NCBI GenBank assembly: GCA_003562475.1
Contig: PWUU01000074.1
Coordinates: forward strand, 4,175-68,174
Length of the DNA stretch: 64,000 nucleotides
Direction of reading: 5' to 3'
DNA from: Dehalococcoidia bacterium
GTDB lineage: Bacteria > Chloroflexota > Dehalococcoidia > GIF9 > AB-539-J10
Below the pieces are notes generated by a model. The model saw nothing but the letters and a program-made list of their open reading frames with translations, had not been told where the DNA came from and made no database searches. A program made the position numbers and the translations under genes. This document shows, in pieces, positions 29,823 through 39,597 of the stretch. The first letter of the stretch is position 1. Each line of letters opens with the position of its first letter.

Positions 29823-30878
29823 ATGAGTTCAGCCGCAACCACCGGAGTACTGCTGGTTCTTGGCGCGCTTCTGCTCGGGTTCGTGGCCGCGAATATCTAC
29901 ACGCATGTAGCTGCACTCAGCTGGGAGCGCACGCCATATCCATCTGGCCGCCTCATCTCAGCTAATGGCGTCCGTCTCTACACGCGAATCAAGGGCAACG
30001 GCACACCAGTGATACTCATAGAGCCTGCGTTGGGTAGCCCGGGGGCTGAGTGGTGGCGCATCCAGGACGAGCTGGCGAGGATGACAACAGTCGTGACGTA
30101 CGACCGTGCTGGCTATGGTTGGAGTCGGTCAGGCAAGTACCCACGCACAAGCTTCCAGGTCGTGGCCGAGCTACACAGAATGCTGGAGAGAGCCGGTCTC
30201 GGCGGGCCTTACATCCTCATAGGCCATTCACAAGGCGGGCTCTACGCTCAGTTGTTCGGCAGACTGTATCCGGATCAGGTCGCCGGCGCGGTGTTCCTCG
30301 ACCCGGTCTCGTCGAACCAACAGCGATTCAAGGCAGAGCTCAAGCCTCATGCATATCAGATGAGCGGGATCGATACGCTGCCCTACCCCAGGTCCGCGGG
30401 TGTTCTACGCAAGTTGGGACTCTTGCGTCTCTTCCGACCCTTTGTCGAGACAAAACTACTCAGCAATCAGTCCACGCTTCCCGCAACGGTCCGCGAGGTC
30501 ATCTGGCAGCACCTCGCGCTACCGAAGGCCTACAACGCCATCCTGAGCGAGTACGAGCAGAACAGGACACCCGCTAACAGCTCGGAGGTCCGGAGCGCCG
30601 GCACTTTCCCTCAGGTCCCGCTGAAGGTCATCTATCATTCACCCCATAAGATGGTTCGAGAGTTGCTGAGTAACCGGGGATTGCAGCGCGACGACGCCGA
30701 AGAGGTCGAGCAAATCTGGCAACAGCTTGCCCGGGCTTACGTCAGGCTCTCACCCCATGGTGAGTGGATAGTTGCACAACGGAGCGGCCACTATATTCAC
30801 CTGGACCAGCCTGAACTGGTCGTTGAAGAGGTGCGACAGATGGTCCTCGCACTCCGCCAGTCTGTTCCAACAGATTGA
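29823..30878 (+). CDS. Alpha/beta hydrolase, membrane-anchored
   Basis: YDRAGYGWS, GHSQGG nucleophile elbow, SGHYIH; RBS AGGAGG. Confidence 0.9.
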   Translation: MSSAATTGVLLVLGALLLGFVAANIYTHVAALSWERTPYPSGRLISANGVRLYTRIKGNGTPVILIEPALGSPGAEWWRIQDELARMTTVVTYDRAGYGWSRSGKYPRTSFQVVAELHRMLERAGLGGPYILIGHSQGGLYAQLFGRLYPDQVAGAVFLDPVSSNQQRFKAELKPHAYQMSGIDTLPYPRSAGVLRKLGLLRLFRPFVETKLLSNQSTLPATVREVIWQHLALPKAYNAILSEYEQNRTPANSSEVRSAGTFPQVPLKVIYHSPHKMVRELLSNRGLQRDDAEEVEQIWQQLARAYVRLSPHGEWIVAQRSGHYIHLDQPELVVEEVRQMVLALRQSVPTD

Positions 30879-30964
30879 GTCTTCAGCCACGACAGATAAT
30901 TCGCGCCTGTAGTCGACACCTCCAGCCTTGCACCCCCCGTCAACGGGTGCTATTGTTGCAGGGC

Positions 30965-31660
30965 ATGCGGCTGCCCTGGGAGGAGTTGGAGCCCGCGTCA
31001 CACGAAACGCTGGAGCGCCAGCGTCGGGCTGTTCATCAACTAGCGCACCTCGCCGGCACAGCCTTTGCCGTCGCCATGGCCCTGATCGTCCTGCAATTGG
31101 TGGACCGGACCATCTCGTCTGGCCTTACCGCAACTCACCTGTTTGAGTCCATACGCACGCTGTGGCCAACCACGGTTGCCTGCCTGGTGAGCCTCCTCAT
31201 CCTGCTCACATGCTGGCTCCTCCACCATATCCAGTTCCACTACCTGACAAGATCCAGCGGCGCACTTCTGCTGTTACACACAGTCCTGTTATTGGTCGTT
31301 CTACTCGTTCCCTTATCGACAGCGGTACTGCACGAGGTAGGAATCACCCGTGATGTCCTCGTTCTCTACACCGGCCATGTGTTCCTGTTGTTGCTGCTGC
31401 TCCTGCTCATGTGGCGACACGCCGTAAAGGGTGGCCTGCTCTTTGGAAGCGACGTTCCTGCGCGAATCGTGTTTCGATTGCGGCTCATCCTGCGCGCCGG
31501 GATAATCGTTCTACCCCTTATCCTGGGGCTGGCGTTTGCGAGCGCGGCCGCGAGCCTCGGTGCACTCGTCGCCCTGTTCGCAATCTACCTGATCCTCATC
31601 ACAAAGGGAGGCTACACGCTCGACGTCCTCAGGAGCCGAGCGCACCTCACAGAGGTATGA
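30965..31660 (+). CDS. TMEM175/DUF1211-like membrane protein (divergent)
   Basis: AFAVAMALIVL, WLLHHIQF, LVPLSTA; canonical RxxxFSD motif absent; start uncertain. Confidence 0.65.
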   Translation: MRLPWEELEPASHETLERQRRAVHQLAHLAGTAFAVAMALIVLQLVDRTISSGLTATHLFESIRTLWPTTVACLVSLLILLTCWLLHHIQFHYLTRSSGALLLLHTVLLLVVLLVPLSTAVLHEVGITRDVLVLYTGHVFLLLLLLLLMWRHAVKGGLLFGSDVPARIVFRLRLILRAGIIVLPLILGLAFASAAASLGALVALFAIYLILITKGGYTLDVLRSRAHLTEV

Positions 31661-31695
31661 CGCCGGAAAACGACATGCTCCCACGACGCAGCGTC

Positions 31696-32481
31696 TCATC
31701 CAGGTGCGGCATCCACCGCCATTCGCAGCCGCTGCACAAACTCCCCAACACTGGCAAGGCTACGATCGCTGTCCACAAGCTGTAGTAACCGGCTGCCCAC
31801 GATAACGCCATCGGCAACGCTGGCCACGCTTGTCGCCTGCGACGGCGACGAGATGCCGAAACCCACGCACAGTGGCAGCGATGTCCTCATACGGGCACGC
31901 GCAACGAAGGACTTCAGTCCCTCGTCCAGCACTGTGCGTGCACCCGTCACGCCGGTCAGTGACACCAGGTAGAGAAACCCTCGAGACCTCCTGGCCACAT
32001 ATTCGAGCCGCGCATCGGTGCTGTTCCGGGCAACCAGGTAGATGATATCGAGGCCATGGTAAGCACCTGCCTGCTCCAATGCGCCCCCCTCATCTGGCGG
32101 CAAGTCCGGAACGATGAGACCGCTCACACCCGAGTTGACCGACGCCCCGCAGAAATGGTTCAGCCCCTTACGAAGCACCGGGTTGTAGTAGCTCATGAAC
32201 ACGAGGGGTGTTTCCATCTCGTCCGACAGATGAGATGCTATATCGAGACAGACATCGGGCGTGACTCCGTTCGCCAGAGCCACATGGCTCGCCTGCTGTA
32301 TCGTCGCCCCATCCGCAAGCGGGTCGGAAAACGGGATGCCAAGCTCAACAACGTCGCACCCGTTCTTCGCCAGCAGCGGCGCGAGCCGCAGTGTCGTGTC
32401 GACGTCAGGATACCCAACAGTCACATATGCGATGAGCGCCTTTGAGCCAGGGGGCTCGAACACCTTCTGAAGCCTGCTCAC
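31696..32481 (-). CDS. trpA: Tryptophan synthase alpha chain
   Basis: [41 protein letters not shown]. Confidence 0.97.
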   Translation of the reverse strand: MSRLQKVFEPPGSKALIAYVTVGYPDVDTTLRLAPLLAKNGCDVVELGIPFSDPLADGATIQQASHVALANGVTPDVCLDIASHLSDEMETPLVFMSYYNPVLRKGLNHFCGASVNSGVSGLIVPDLPPDEGGALEQAGAYHGLDIIYLVARNSTDARLEYVARRSRGFLYLVSLTGVTGARTVLDEGLKSFVARARMRTSLPLCVGFGISSPSQATSVASVADGVIVGSRLLQLVDSDRSLASVGEFVQRLRMAVDAAPG

Positions 32482-33686
32482 AGCTCACCTCCAAGAACGT
32501 CGACGACGATCCCCATATCCTTGTCTCCGCGGCCGCTCACATTCACGACGATGATATCCTCGCGGCCACACCTCCCGGCCAATTCCACAGAGTACGCCAC
32601 CGCATGAGCCGATTCCAGTGCCGGCGTGATTCCCTCGGTCCGGCACAACAACTTGAATGCTTCGAGCGCTTGACTGTCGTCCACTGCAACGTATGCCGCC
32701 CTGCCCGAGTCTTTGAGGTAGCTGTGTTCCGGTCCCACTCCCGGGTAATCGAGACCAGCCGACACGCTGTGTGTGCTCAGGATCTGGCCCTGCTCATCCT
32801 GCAGCACGTAGGACTTCGCTCCGTGCAACACGCCAACCGTGCCCGCTGCAAGCGATGCGGCATGCAGGGACGCGTCCAGTCCCTTACCCCCCGCCTCAAC
32901 ACCGACAAGCTGCACCGTTTCGTCTCCAATGAACGGATGGAATATGCCAATGGCATTGCTGCCTCCACCCACACACGCCACTATGTAGTCGGGCAAGCGC
33001 CCGGAGAGCTGGAGCACCTGATCACGTGTTTCCCGCCCTATGATCGACTGGAAGTGCCGCACCACTGTGGGATAGGGTGCTGGTCCCACCACGGAGCCAA
33101 GCAGGTAGTAGGTGCTCTCTACATTCGTCACCCAATCGCGTATCGCCTCGTTAATAGCGTCCTTAAGCGTACGTCCTCCGGATGCGACTGGACGAACTTC
33201 GGCCCCCATCAGCTTCATGCGAAACACATTGAGCGACTGACGCCGTACGTCCTCTTCTCCCATATACACGACGCACTGCAGCCCCAGTTTCGCACACACT
33301 GCTGCCGTCGCAACGCCGTGCTGCCCCGCACCGGTCTCCGCCACGATGCGCTGTTTGCCCATCCGGCGCGCGAGAAGGGCCTGCCCGAGCGCATTATTGA
33401 TCTTGTGCGCGCCGGTATGCGCCAGATCCTCCCGTTTCAGCAGAATCTTTGCATCCCCACAATGGGCACTGAGGCAGTCTGCTTGAAAGAGAGGCGTCGG
33501 TCTACCCACGTAGTCTTTGAGGAGTCCTTCCAGTTCAGAGTTGAAGGACCAGTCAGTGATTGCCTCTTCATAGCCACCCGTCAGTTCCTCCAGGGCCGGG
33601 ATCAACGTCTCAGGGACGAACCGCCCACCATAGTCGCCAAAGTATCCCCTGGCATCAGGCAACGTTATTGCTGATTCCACAAACAA
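32478..33686 (-). CDS. trpB: Tryptophan synthase beta chain
   Basis: [44 protein letters not shown]. Confidence 0.97.
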   Translation of the reverse strand: MFVESAITLPDARGYFGDYGGRFVPETLIPALEELTGGYEEAITDWSFNSELEGLLKDYVGRPTPLFQADCLSAHCGDAKILLKREDLAHTGAHKINNALGQALLARRMGKQRIVAETGAGQHGVATAAVCAKLGLQCVVYMGEEDVRRQSLNVFRMKLMGAEVRPVASGGRTLKDAINEAIRDWVTNVESTYYLLGSVVGPAPYPTVVRHFQSIIGRETRDQVLQLSGRLPDYIVACVGGGSNAIGIFHPFIGDETVQLVGVEAGGKGLDASLHAASLAAGTVGVLHGAKSYVLQDEQGQILSTHSVSAGLDYPGVGPEHSYLKDSGRAAYVAVDDSQALEAFKLLCRTEGITPALESAHAVAYSVELAGRCGREDIIVVNVSGRGDKDMGIVVDVLGGEL

Positions 33687-34344
33687 TCTCCTTTTCCGCC
33701 TTTCTCACAGCACGCACAAAGGCTTCTATGAGTATGGGGTCTTTCCTGCCGTCCCGCTCTACTCCGGAGGAGACATCGACCCCGTACGGACGTGCCTGAA
33801 CAACGAGTTGGCCGACATTAGCTGCATCGAGGCCGCCCGCCACTATCACCGAATACGACGCTGACGCTTCTCTCGCCACACGCCAGTCGAACGTCCTGCC
33901 AGTGCCACCATGCGCTCCGTCGACGCCCGTATCCAACAGGAACGACACGGGACGGTGTTCATTGATGCGTACGTAGCTCTCTATCTGTCTCACGAGGTCG
34001 GCCGTCTTTGTTTCGGCAAAGATGCGGAATGTCCTGATGACCGGACGCGTTATACCTGCACAGTAGACGCATCCCTCCTCACCATTGAGCTGCACCAGAT
34101 CCAGTCCACACTGCTCTGCGATGGCATTCACCCTCTGTTGCGCCTCGTTCACAAACACTCCCACCACGGCCGGCCGTTTCGATAACCCATCGAGTGATCG
34201 CACCAACCGCCGAGCCTGTGATGGAGTCACCTGTCGTCTGCTGGCCGCAAACACAATTCCGACATAGTCGACGTCCGCTCGGGCAGCCGCCAGCACATGC
34301 GCCTCATCCTGGAGTCCACACACCTTCACTTTGACCCTGGACAA
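33655..34344 (-). CDS. trpF: Phosphoribosylanthranilate isomerase
   Basis: [34 protein letters not shown]. Confidence 0.96.
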   Translation of the reverse strand: MSRVKVKVCGLQDEAHVLAAARADVDYVGIVFAASRRQVTPSQARRLVRSLDGLSKRPAVVGVFVNEAQQRVNAIAEQCGLDLVQLNGEEGCVYCAGITRPVIRTFRIFAETKTADLVRQIESYVRINEHRPVSFLLDTGVDGAHGGTGRTFDWRVAREASASYSVIVAGGLDAANVGQLVVQARPYGVDVSSGVERDGRKDPILIEAFVRAVRKAEKEIVCGISNNVA

Positions 34345-35120
34345 CGCAACTCCCTCACTTTCGCACCGATATCGGGCGCGGACATGATGGCCTCGCCCAC
34401 AAGCACGGCGTCCAGACCGACCAATGCCAGCCGCTCGATATCCTCACGGCGCCTTATGCCGCTCTCTCCAACCACCAGCCGACCGGCAGGAATCCCGGGG
34501 CGCAGACGCTCGAAGGTCGAGAGGTCCACAGCGAGAGTTCTAAGATCTCTGTTGTTGATGCCAATGATGAGTGCACCACTGTCGACAGCCCGATCCAACT
34601 CAGCTTCGTCGTGAACCTCTACGAGGCAACGCATGCCCAGCATCCGGCTCAGGTGGAGCATGTGCAGCAGTTGTGGCTGCACCAGTAGTGCCGCGATGAG
34701 GAGGACACAATCAGCGCCATGAGCTCGCGCCTCGTACACCTGATAGGGATCAACGATGAAGTCCTTCAGCAACACCGGGGGGCCGTCCGATCCGACAGCG
34801 TCCACAATACCAGCCAGAGACGAGAGGCTGCCACCAAAACGCCTCGACTCTGTAATGACGGAGATAGCGTCAGTCCCGGCAGCGGCGTACGTACGCGCCA
34901 CCTGCACCGGATCGATGTCGGTCCGTATGACACCACGGGACGGAGATGCCCGCTTCACCTCGGCGATAAGGCTGACACCGCAACCTTGAAGCGCCGCAGC
35001 AAAATCGCGTGCGGGGGCCCGGGCCGCTGCAGCCGCCTCCATCATTGCGGCGGTGCACAGTGACTTGCGAATTTCCAGCTCCTCACGCACACCGGCCACT
35101 ATTTCAGACAGTGCGGTCAT
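34326..35120 (-). CDS. trpC: Indole-3-glycerol phosphate synthase
   Basis: IAEVKRASPSRG, KDFIVDPYQ, GINNRDL, ESGI. Confidence 0.96.
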   Translation of the reverse strand: MTALSEIVAGVREELEIRKSLCTAAMMEAAAAARAPARDFAAALQGCGVSLIAEVKRASPSRGVIRTDIDPVQVARTYAAAGTDAISVITESRRFGGSLSSLAGIVDAVGSDGPPVLLKDFIVDPYQVYEARAHGADCVLLIAALLVQPQLLHMLHLSRMLGMRCLVEVHDEAELDRAVDSGALIIGINNRDLRTLAVDLSTFERLRPGIPAGRLVVGESGIRRREDIERLALVGLDAVLVGEAIMSAPDIGAKVRELRCPGSK

Positions 35121-36139
35121 GCCACCACCTCTGTCCCACTGCGGCTTATTCGGATGAGTTCTTCCAGCTTCGACAACGCTCTACTCGATTCCAGCGCATC
35201 TCTCGCGATAGGCACCGCTTCTCTCACCGAGTCAGCCGCTCCCGCCACATAGAGTGCTGCCGCGGCATTCGCGAGAACTACATCACTGTGTGGACCGGGT
35301 TTCCCTGCCAGCACATCACGCAGTAACTCAGCGTTTTCCTCGCTGTTCCCACCCACAAGTTGTTCACGGGACACAAAGGGCAAGCCCAGGTCACCAGGCG
35401 ACAGCGTGTACTTTCGCAGCCGTCCTCCCTCCAGTTCGCACACCAGAGTCCTGCAGGACAGCGTGACCTCATCCAGGCCGTCTTCACCATGCACCACCAT
35501 GGCCCGACGGCAGCCGAGACGATGCAGTACCCCGGCCATGGTCTCCACCAGCGCCGGTTCCGCGACACCGAGCAACTGCGCACGCGCATCTGCCGGATTG
35601 CAGAGCGGTCCCAGTATGTTAAATACGGTACGAATTCCTATCTCTCGTCGTGGCCCCGCTGCATGCTTCATTGCAGGATGAAACACAGGAGCAAACAGGA
35701 AGCCAATACCAGCATCCCTGATGCAACGCTCCACATCACCCGGCCGCAGATCGAGTTGCACCCCAAGCGATTCCAGCACATCCGCGCTGCCGCAACGACT
35801 GCTCATAGCCCTGTTTCCATGCTTGGCAACACGAACCCCGGCGGCAGCCGCTACGAAGGCCGCCGCCGTGGAAATGTTGAAGCTCTGTGACCCGTCTCCT
35901 CCAGTGCCGCACGTATCCAGCTCCGCACCTGGATCGATACGCACCGCTCGCTCCCTCATCGCCGCGGCCAGGCCTGCTATCTCCTCTGTCATCTCCCCCT
36001 TCATTCTCAGTCCTACAACGAAGGCCGCTACCTGTGCGGGCGTAGCCTCTCCCTCCATCACCTCATGCATTACCCGGGACGCCACCGACATATCGAGAGA
36101 ACGCCCCGCAACAACGGACGCGATGGCATCTCGAATCAT
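35117..36139 (-). CDS. trpD: Anthranilate phosphoribosyltransferase
   Basis: DTCGTGGDG, FNIST, KHGNRAMSS, GSADVLE, GLDE; start at MIRDAI (ATGA overlap with trpG). Confidence 0.96.
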   Translation of the reverse strand: MIRDAIASVVAGRSLDMSVASRVMHEVMEGEATPAQVAAFVVGLRMKGEMTEEIAGLAAAMRERAVRIDPGAELDTCGTGGDGSQSFNISTAAAFVAAAAGVRVAKHGNRAMSSRCGSADVLESLGVQLDLRPGDVERCIRDAGIGFLFAPVFHPAMKHAAGPRREIGIRTVFNILGPLCNPADARAQLLGVAEPALVETMAGVLHRLGCRRAMVVHGEDGLDEVTLSCRTLVCELEGGRLRKYTLSPGDLGLPFVSREQLVGGNSEENAELLRDVLAGKPGPHSDVVLANAAAALYVAGAADSVREAVPIARDALESSRALSKLEELIRISRSGTEVVA

Positions 36140-36708
36140 CGCACTGCTCCTTCCAGGAAGTTGCGCAGCAATTCCTTGCCATTTTCCGTCATGAACGACT
36201 CTGGATGAAACTGCACTCCCTGTACCGGATACTCCCTGTGCCGCAGCCCCATGATGAGGCCGTCGGATGTCCATGCAGTCACCTCCAGGCACTCCGGTAA
36301 CTCCAGTCGTTCCACTATGAGTGAGTGATAGCGGATTGCCACGAATGGATTGGGAAGCCCGGCGAAGAGCGCACTGCCGTCGTGATACACATGTGATGCT
36401 TTCCCGTGCATAATCTCAGGAGCCCTATGCACACGTCCACCGTAAGCGTGGCCAATACACTGGTGCCCAAGACACACTCCGAGCATCGGCAAGTGCGGCC
36501 CCAATCGCCTGACAACTTCGTTCGAGACACCGGCACGCTCCGGGGTGGAAGGCCCGGGGGACACCACAATACGTTCGGGCAGCATCTCAGCAATCTCATC
36601 AACCGTCTTCTGGTCGTTGCGCACGACCACCACTCTTTCGCCCAGCTCAGAGAGGTACTGGCACAGGTTGTAGGTGAAGCTGTCATAGTTATCGATGAGC
36701 AGTAGCAT
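36136..36708 (-). CDS. trpG: Anthranilate synthase component II (glutamine amidotransferase)
   Basis: IDNYDSFTYNL, GVCLGHQ, RYHSL, QFHPES. Confidence 0.96.
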   Translation of the reverse strand: MLLLIDNYDSFTYNLCQYLSELGERVVVVRNDQKTVDEIAEMLPERIVVSPGPSTPERAGVSNEVVRRLGPHLPMLGVCLGHQCIGHAYGGRVHRAPEIMHGKASHVYHDGSALFAGLPNPFVAIRYHSLIVERLELPECLEVTAWTSDGLIMGLRHREYPVQGVQFHPESFMTENGKELLRNFLEGAVR

Positions 36709-38161
36709 CGGACACCTCCCTCTCGCGTTGCGTGCCCTCCGCCTGGTCGATCGCCTTGAGCAACGCGCATGCTTTGTTCATCGTCTCATCGAACTCCTGT
36801 GCCGGCACGCTGTCATAGACAATGCCGCATCCGCTCTGCGCATGCACCACACCCTGTGAGGCAACAATGGTTCGTATTGTGATTGCCATATCCATGTTGC
36901 CCGAGTACGAAAGGTATCCAACCGCGCCGGCATACGGTCCCCGTCGCTCCAGCTCTAGATCGGCAATTATCTCCATCGCCCGGACCTTTGGTGCGCCGGA
37001 CACCGTCCCCGCCGGGAAGCACGCGCGAAGTGCATCGAGCGCCGTCAGATCGATGCGCAGCTTGCCCTCCACATGGGTCACCAGGTGCATCACATGCGAG
37101 TATCGCTCCACGTCCATGAGGTCGCTCACCACAACAGAACCTGGCTCGCTCACGCGTCCGATGTCGTTGCGGCCGAGGTCGACCAGCATGATGTGCTCTG
37201 CCCTCTCTTTCTCGTCCATGCGTAATTCCTGCTCCAGCCGGACGTCTTCCTCGACCGTCAGCCCACGTCGTCTCGTGCCGGCCAGCGGACGCGTCATGAC
37301 CTTGCCATCCTCAACACGAACCAGTATCTCGGGAGACGCACCAACCAGTTGAAACCCGCCACAATCAAGGTAGAACATGTAGGGCGATGGGTTGATCGTG
37401 CGAAGTGCCCGGTAAATGTCGAACGGCGCAGCAGAAGTCGGGCGACTGAGACGCTGAGAGAGGACTACCTGTATGGCCTCGCCTTCACCAACGAGATCCT
37501 TCACCTTCATCACGGCATGCTCGAAATCCTCCCGGCTGAAGTTAGACCGGAACGAGTCGTACGCCACTCCTGCCGATTCATCCTGTGGAGACGTCTCCAG
37601 CGGCTGTTGCAGGCGGGTGACAAGTGAGTCTATTCTGGCAACTGCCTGTCCGTAGCAGTCCTCAAGGTTGCCCTCCGGTTTCACGTGGCTCAACACCCTT
37701 ATGGTGTGTGTCACGTGATCGTACACGAGCATAGTGTGTACGAACATAAAGCAGGACTCGGGTAGTCCAAGCGGATCAGCCGAAGGGCTTGGAAGCCTCT
37801 CGAATCGACCTGCTGCTTCATAGGACAGGTAGCCGACAGCGCCACCGCAGAGTCGCGGCAGGCCGGGCACACGGGCAACCTGAAACTGGCCCATCGCCTG
37901 CGAGAGGCCAATCAATGGGTCGACTCCATCGTCGCTCCTCGTTGTGAGCACCAGGTAAGGCTCGGTGCCGATGAAGCTATAGCGGGCAAGTCGCTGGCCG
38001 CCCTCGACGCTCTCCAGCAGAAAACACGGGCCGTCGCGGTGAACCTTGAGGAACGCCGAGACCGGCGTCTCGAGATCCGAGACGACCTCGCGCCAGACGG
38101 GCACCCACTTTCCTCCCTCTGCGTAGCGTCGTACGTCTTCGAGCGCCGGGTAGTACATCAC
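36689..38161 (-). CDS. trpE: Anthranilate synthase component I
   Basis: LLESVEGG, NPSPYM, PLAGT, EHIMLVDLGRND, GTVSGAPK. Confidence 0.97.
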   Translation of the reverse strand: MMYYPALEDVRRYAEGGKWVPVWREVVSDLETPVSAFLKVHRDGPCFLLESVEGGQRLARYSFIGTEPYLVLTTRSDDGVDPLIGLSQAMGQFQVARVPGLPRLCGGAVGYLSYEAAGRFERLPSPSADPLGLPESCFMFVHTMLVYDHVTHTIRVLSHVKPEGNLEDCYGQAVARIDSLVTRLQQPLETSPQDESAGVAYDSFRSNFSREDFEHAVMKVKDLVGEGEAIQVVLSQRLSRPTSAAPFDIYRALRTINPSPYMFYLDCGGFQLVGASPEILVRVEDGKVMTRPLAGTRRRGLTVEEDVRLEQELRMDEKERAEHIMLVDLGRNDIGRVSEPGSVVVSDLMDVERYSHVMHLVTHVEGKLRIDLTALDALRACFPAGTVSGAPKVRAMEIIADLELERRGPYAGAVGYLSYSGNMDMAITIRTIVASQGVVHAQSGCGIVYDSVPAQEFDETMNKACALLKAIDQAEGTQREREVSDATAHR

Positions 38162-38185
38162 ATTCCTCCTTCAATCGTCTCAAGA

Positions 38186-38476
38186 ACAAGAAAAGCCCCT
38201 CGTCTCTAGGGACGAGGGGCTTCTGCCCTTCGCGGTGCCACCCTGGTTGACCACACATGGAATATGCGTGGCCCCCTCTTGTCAGGTACCACCCCTCAAG
38301 AGGAGCTATACCCTGGGCTTTGATAACTGTGCCCTCTCCGTCAGGGCCTACTCGGGAATGCCCTTTCGGCCTGCGGCTCCCGGGTCCATTCACTCCACGC
38401 GCTATCGCCGGCTCACACCTTACCCGGCTCTCTGAGATCCGCTTGTGGACTTACTAGTCCCGTTCGCAGCCTTTGC
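38186..38476 (-). promoter_or_regulatory. T-box riboswitch (Trp-specific) with intrinsic terminator
   Basis: AGUA and AGAGA motifs; specifier GAA-UGG (38388-38386); T-box AACCAGGGUGGCACCGCG (38248-38231); terminator AAGCCCCUCGUC/GACGAGGGGCUUUU; TTGACA-N18-TACTAT promoter upstream. Confidence 0.95.
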
Positions 38477-38585
38477 CTATTGGTAATATGGGTCAGCATA
38501 GTAGACAGTCGTCAACCGGTTTGTCAAATCGTTCGTGATGACATGCCTCGCCATCAGTCCGACAGCGATTCAGGACGACATCTCA

Positions 38586-39152
38586 TCATCGCCTCCTGAG
38601 CCTCAACTCTACTCCCATGCCCTCAGCCAACAACCTGAGTCTCTCTCGCATGACTCTCGCACGACTCTTGCGATCTTCCCCAAGGCCCGCTTCATCTACC
38701 TCTACTAAGGCCTCACTGAGTGCGGTCTCCAGCTTATCTGTGGGAAGCAACGCACATGCCAGACAGAAATGGCTCTTTGATCGCCCGTCGTCAAACTCCG
38801 TCAGCATCGAACGCAGTACGGCGACACGTCGCTCCTGTCGAACCACGAAACCTGCGATACCGTTTTCTCGTATGCACCGCAGGTTCTCCATCGTATTTCG
38901 ATGAGTGACGAAAGAATCACTCTCGTCCAGTCCTTCGAGACGTACGCACGGAAACTCCGGGCATTCCCCACACGTTTCATACTGCCGGTCGCGCACCGCA
39001 CAGCGAGCAATCACACACCACCGGCCGCCTGTGCCTGAGGCGACGGGTGCTGTACACCCGGGACAGCCGTCATCCTTCCTGACATGGTGCATCGGGCAGA
39101 GGTAACAATCAATACCACAAGCCCCAATCGAAGGATAGTTCTTGTGTTTCAC
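38586..39152 (-). CDS. DUF3795 domain protein (Cys-rich, putative Fe-S)
   Basis: GACGIDCYLC, CPGC, C.IARC, TCGECPEFPC, DDGRSKSHFCLA; GTG start after GGAGAG. Confidence 0.85.
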   Translation of the reverse strand: MKHKNYPSIGACGIDCYLCPMHHVRKDDGCPGCTAPVASGTGGRWCVIARCAVRDRQYETCGECPEFPCVRLEGLDESDSFVTHRNTMENLRCIRENGIAGFVVRQERRVAVLRSMLTEFDDGRSKSHFCLACALLPTDKLETALSEALVEVDEAGLGEDRKSRARVMRERLRLLAEGMGVELRLRRR

Positions 39153-39597
39153 CGACTCTCCCGGCCCACAAGACATAATATTGTGACCGCCTCGCCCTCG
39201 CAAGAGCCACACCCCACCACGACAGCTGTCCAGACATTGTACAAGAAGACCGAAGAGCCAATTTGCCATTGAGCGCAACAAGTCCCACACAACCATGCTC
39301 CATTGTCATCGGTCCCCAGGCCTTGAAACACCACAGACCATGTCCTATCATGGACCCGAGGACTATCACGTCAGCTCGCAACCGCTACCCATAGAGTCGC
39401 CGGATGGCGAGAAACGGAGAGGATGTGAGTTCAGTCACAGCATTGCGGCATCGACTCGAGAGACGTCAGTTCCGACGAACATACGTTGGCCTCGGAGACA
39501 CAACTGCTGGCACTCCCACTTCCCCAGTGACAGCGATAAAGGCCGCGTCTTCTTGGGGGAGAAACAGGCCTCCCCAGTCTTGTCGGGAGTCTGTGAC

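Noticed and set aside
32442-33674. Long antisense ORFs (also 46813..48087, 2013..2870, 42359..43174)
   Set aside because: Shadow ORFs opposite well-supported genes, expected at high GC.
39153-39597. N-terminal extensions of the DUF3795 and DUF2779 ORFs
   Set aside because: Extensions lack family similarity; downstream GTG starts with SD-like sequences fit better.
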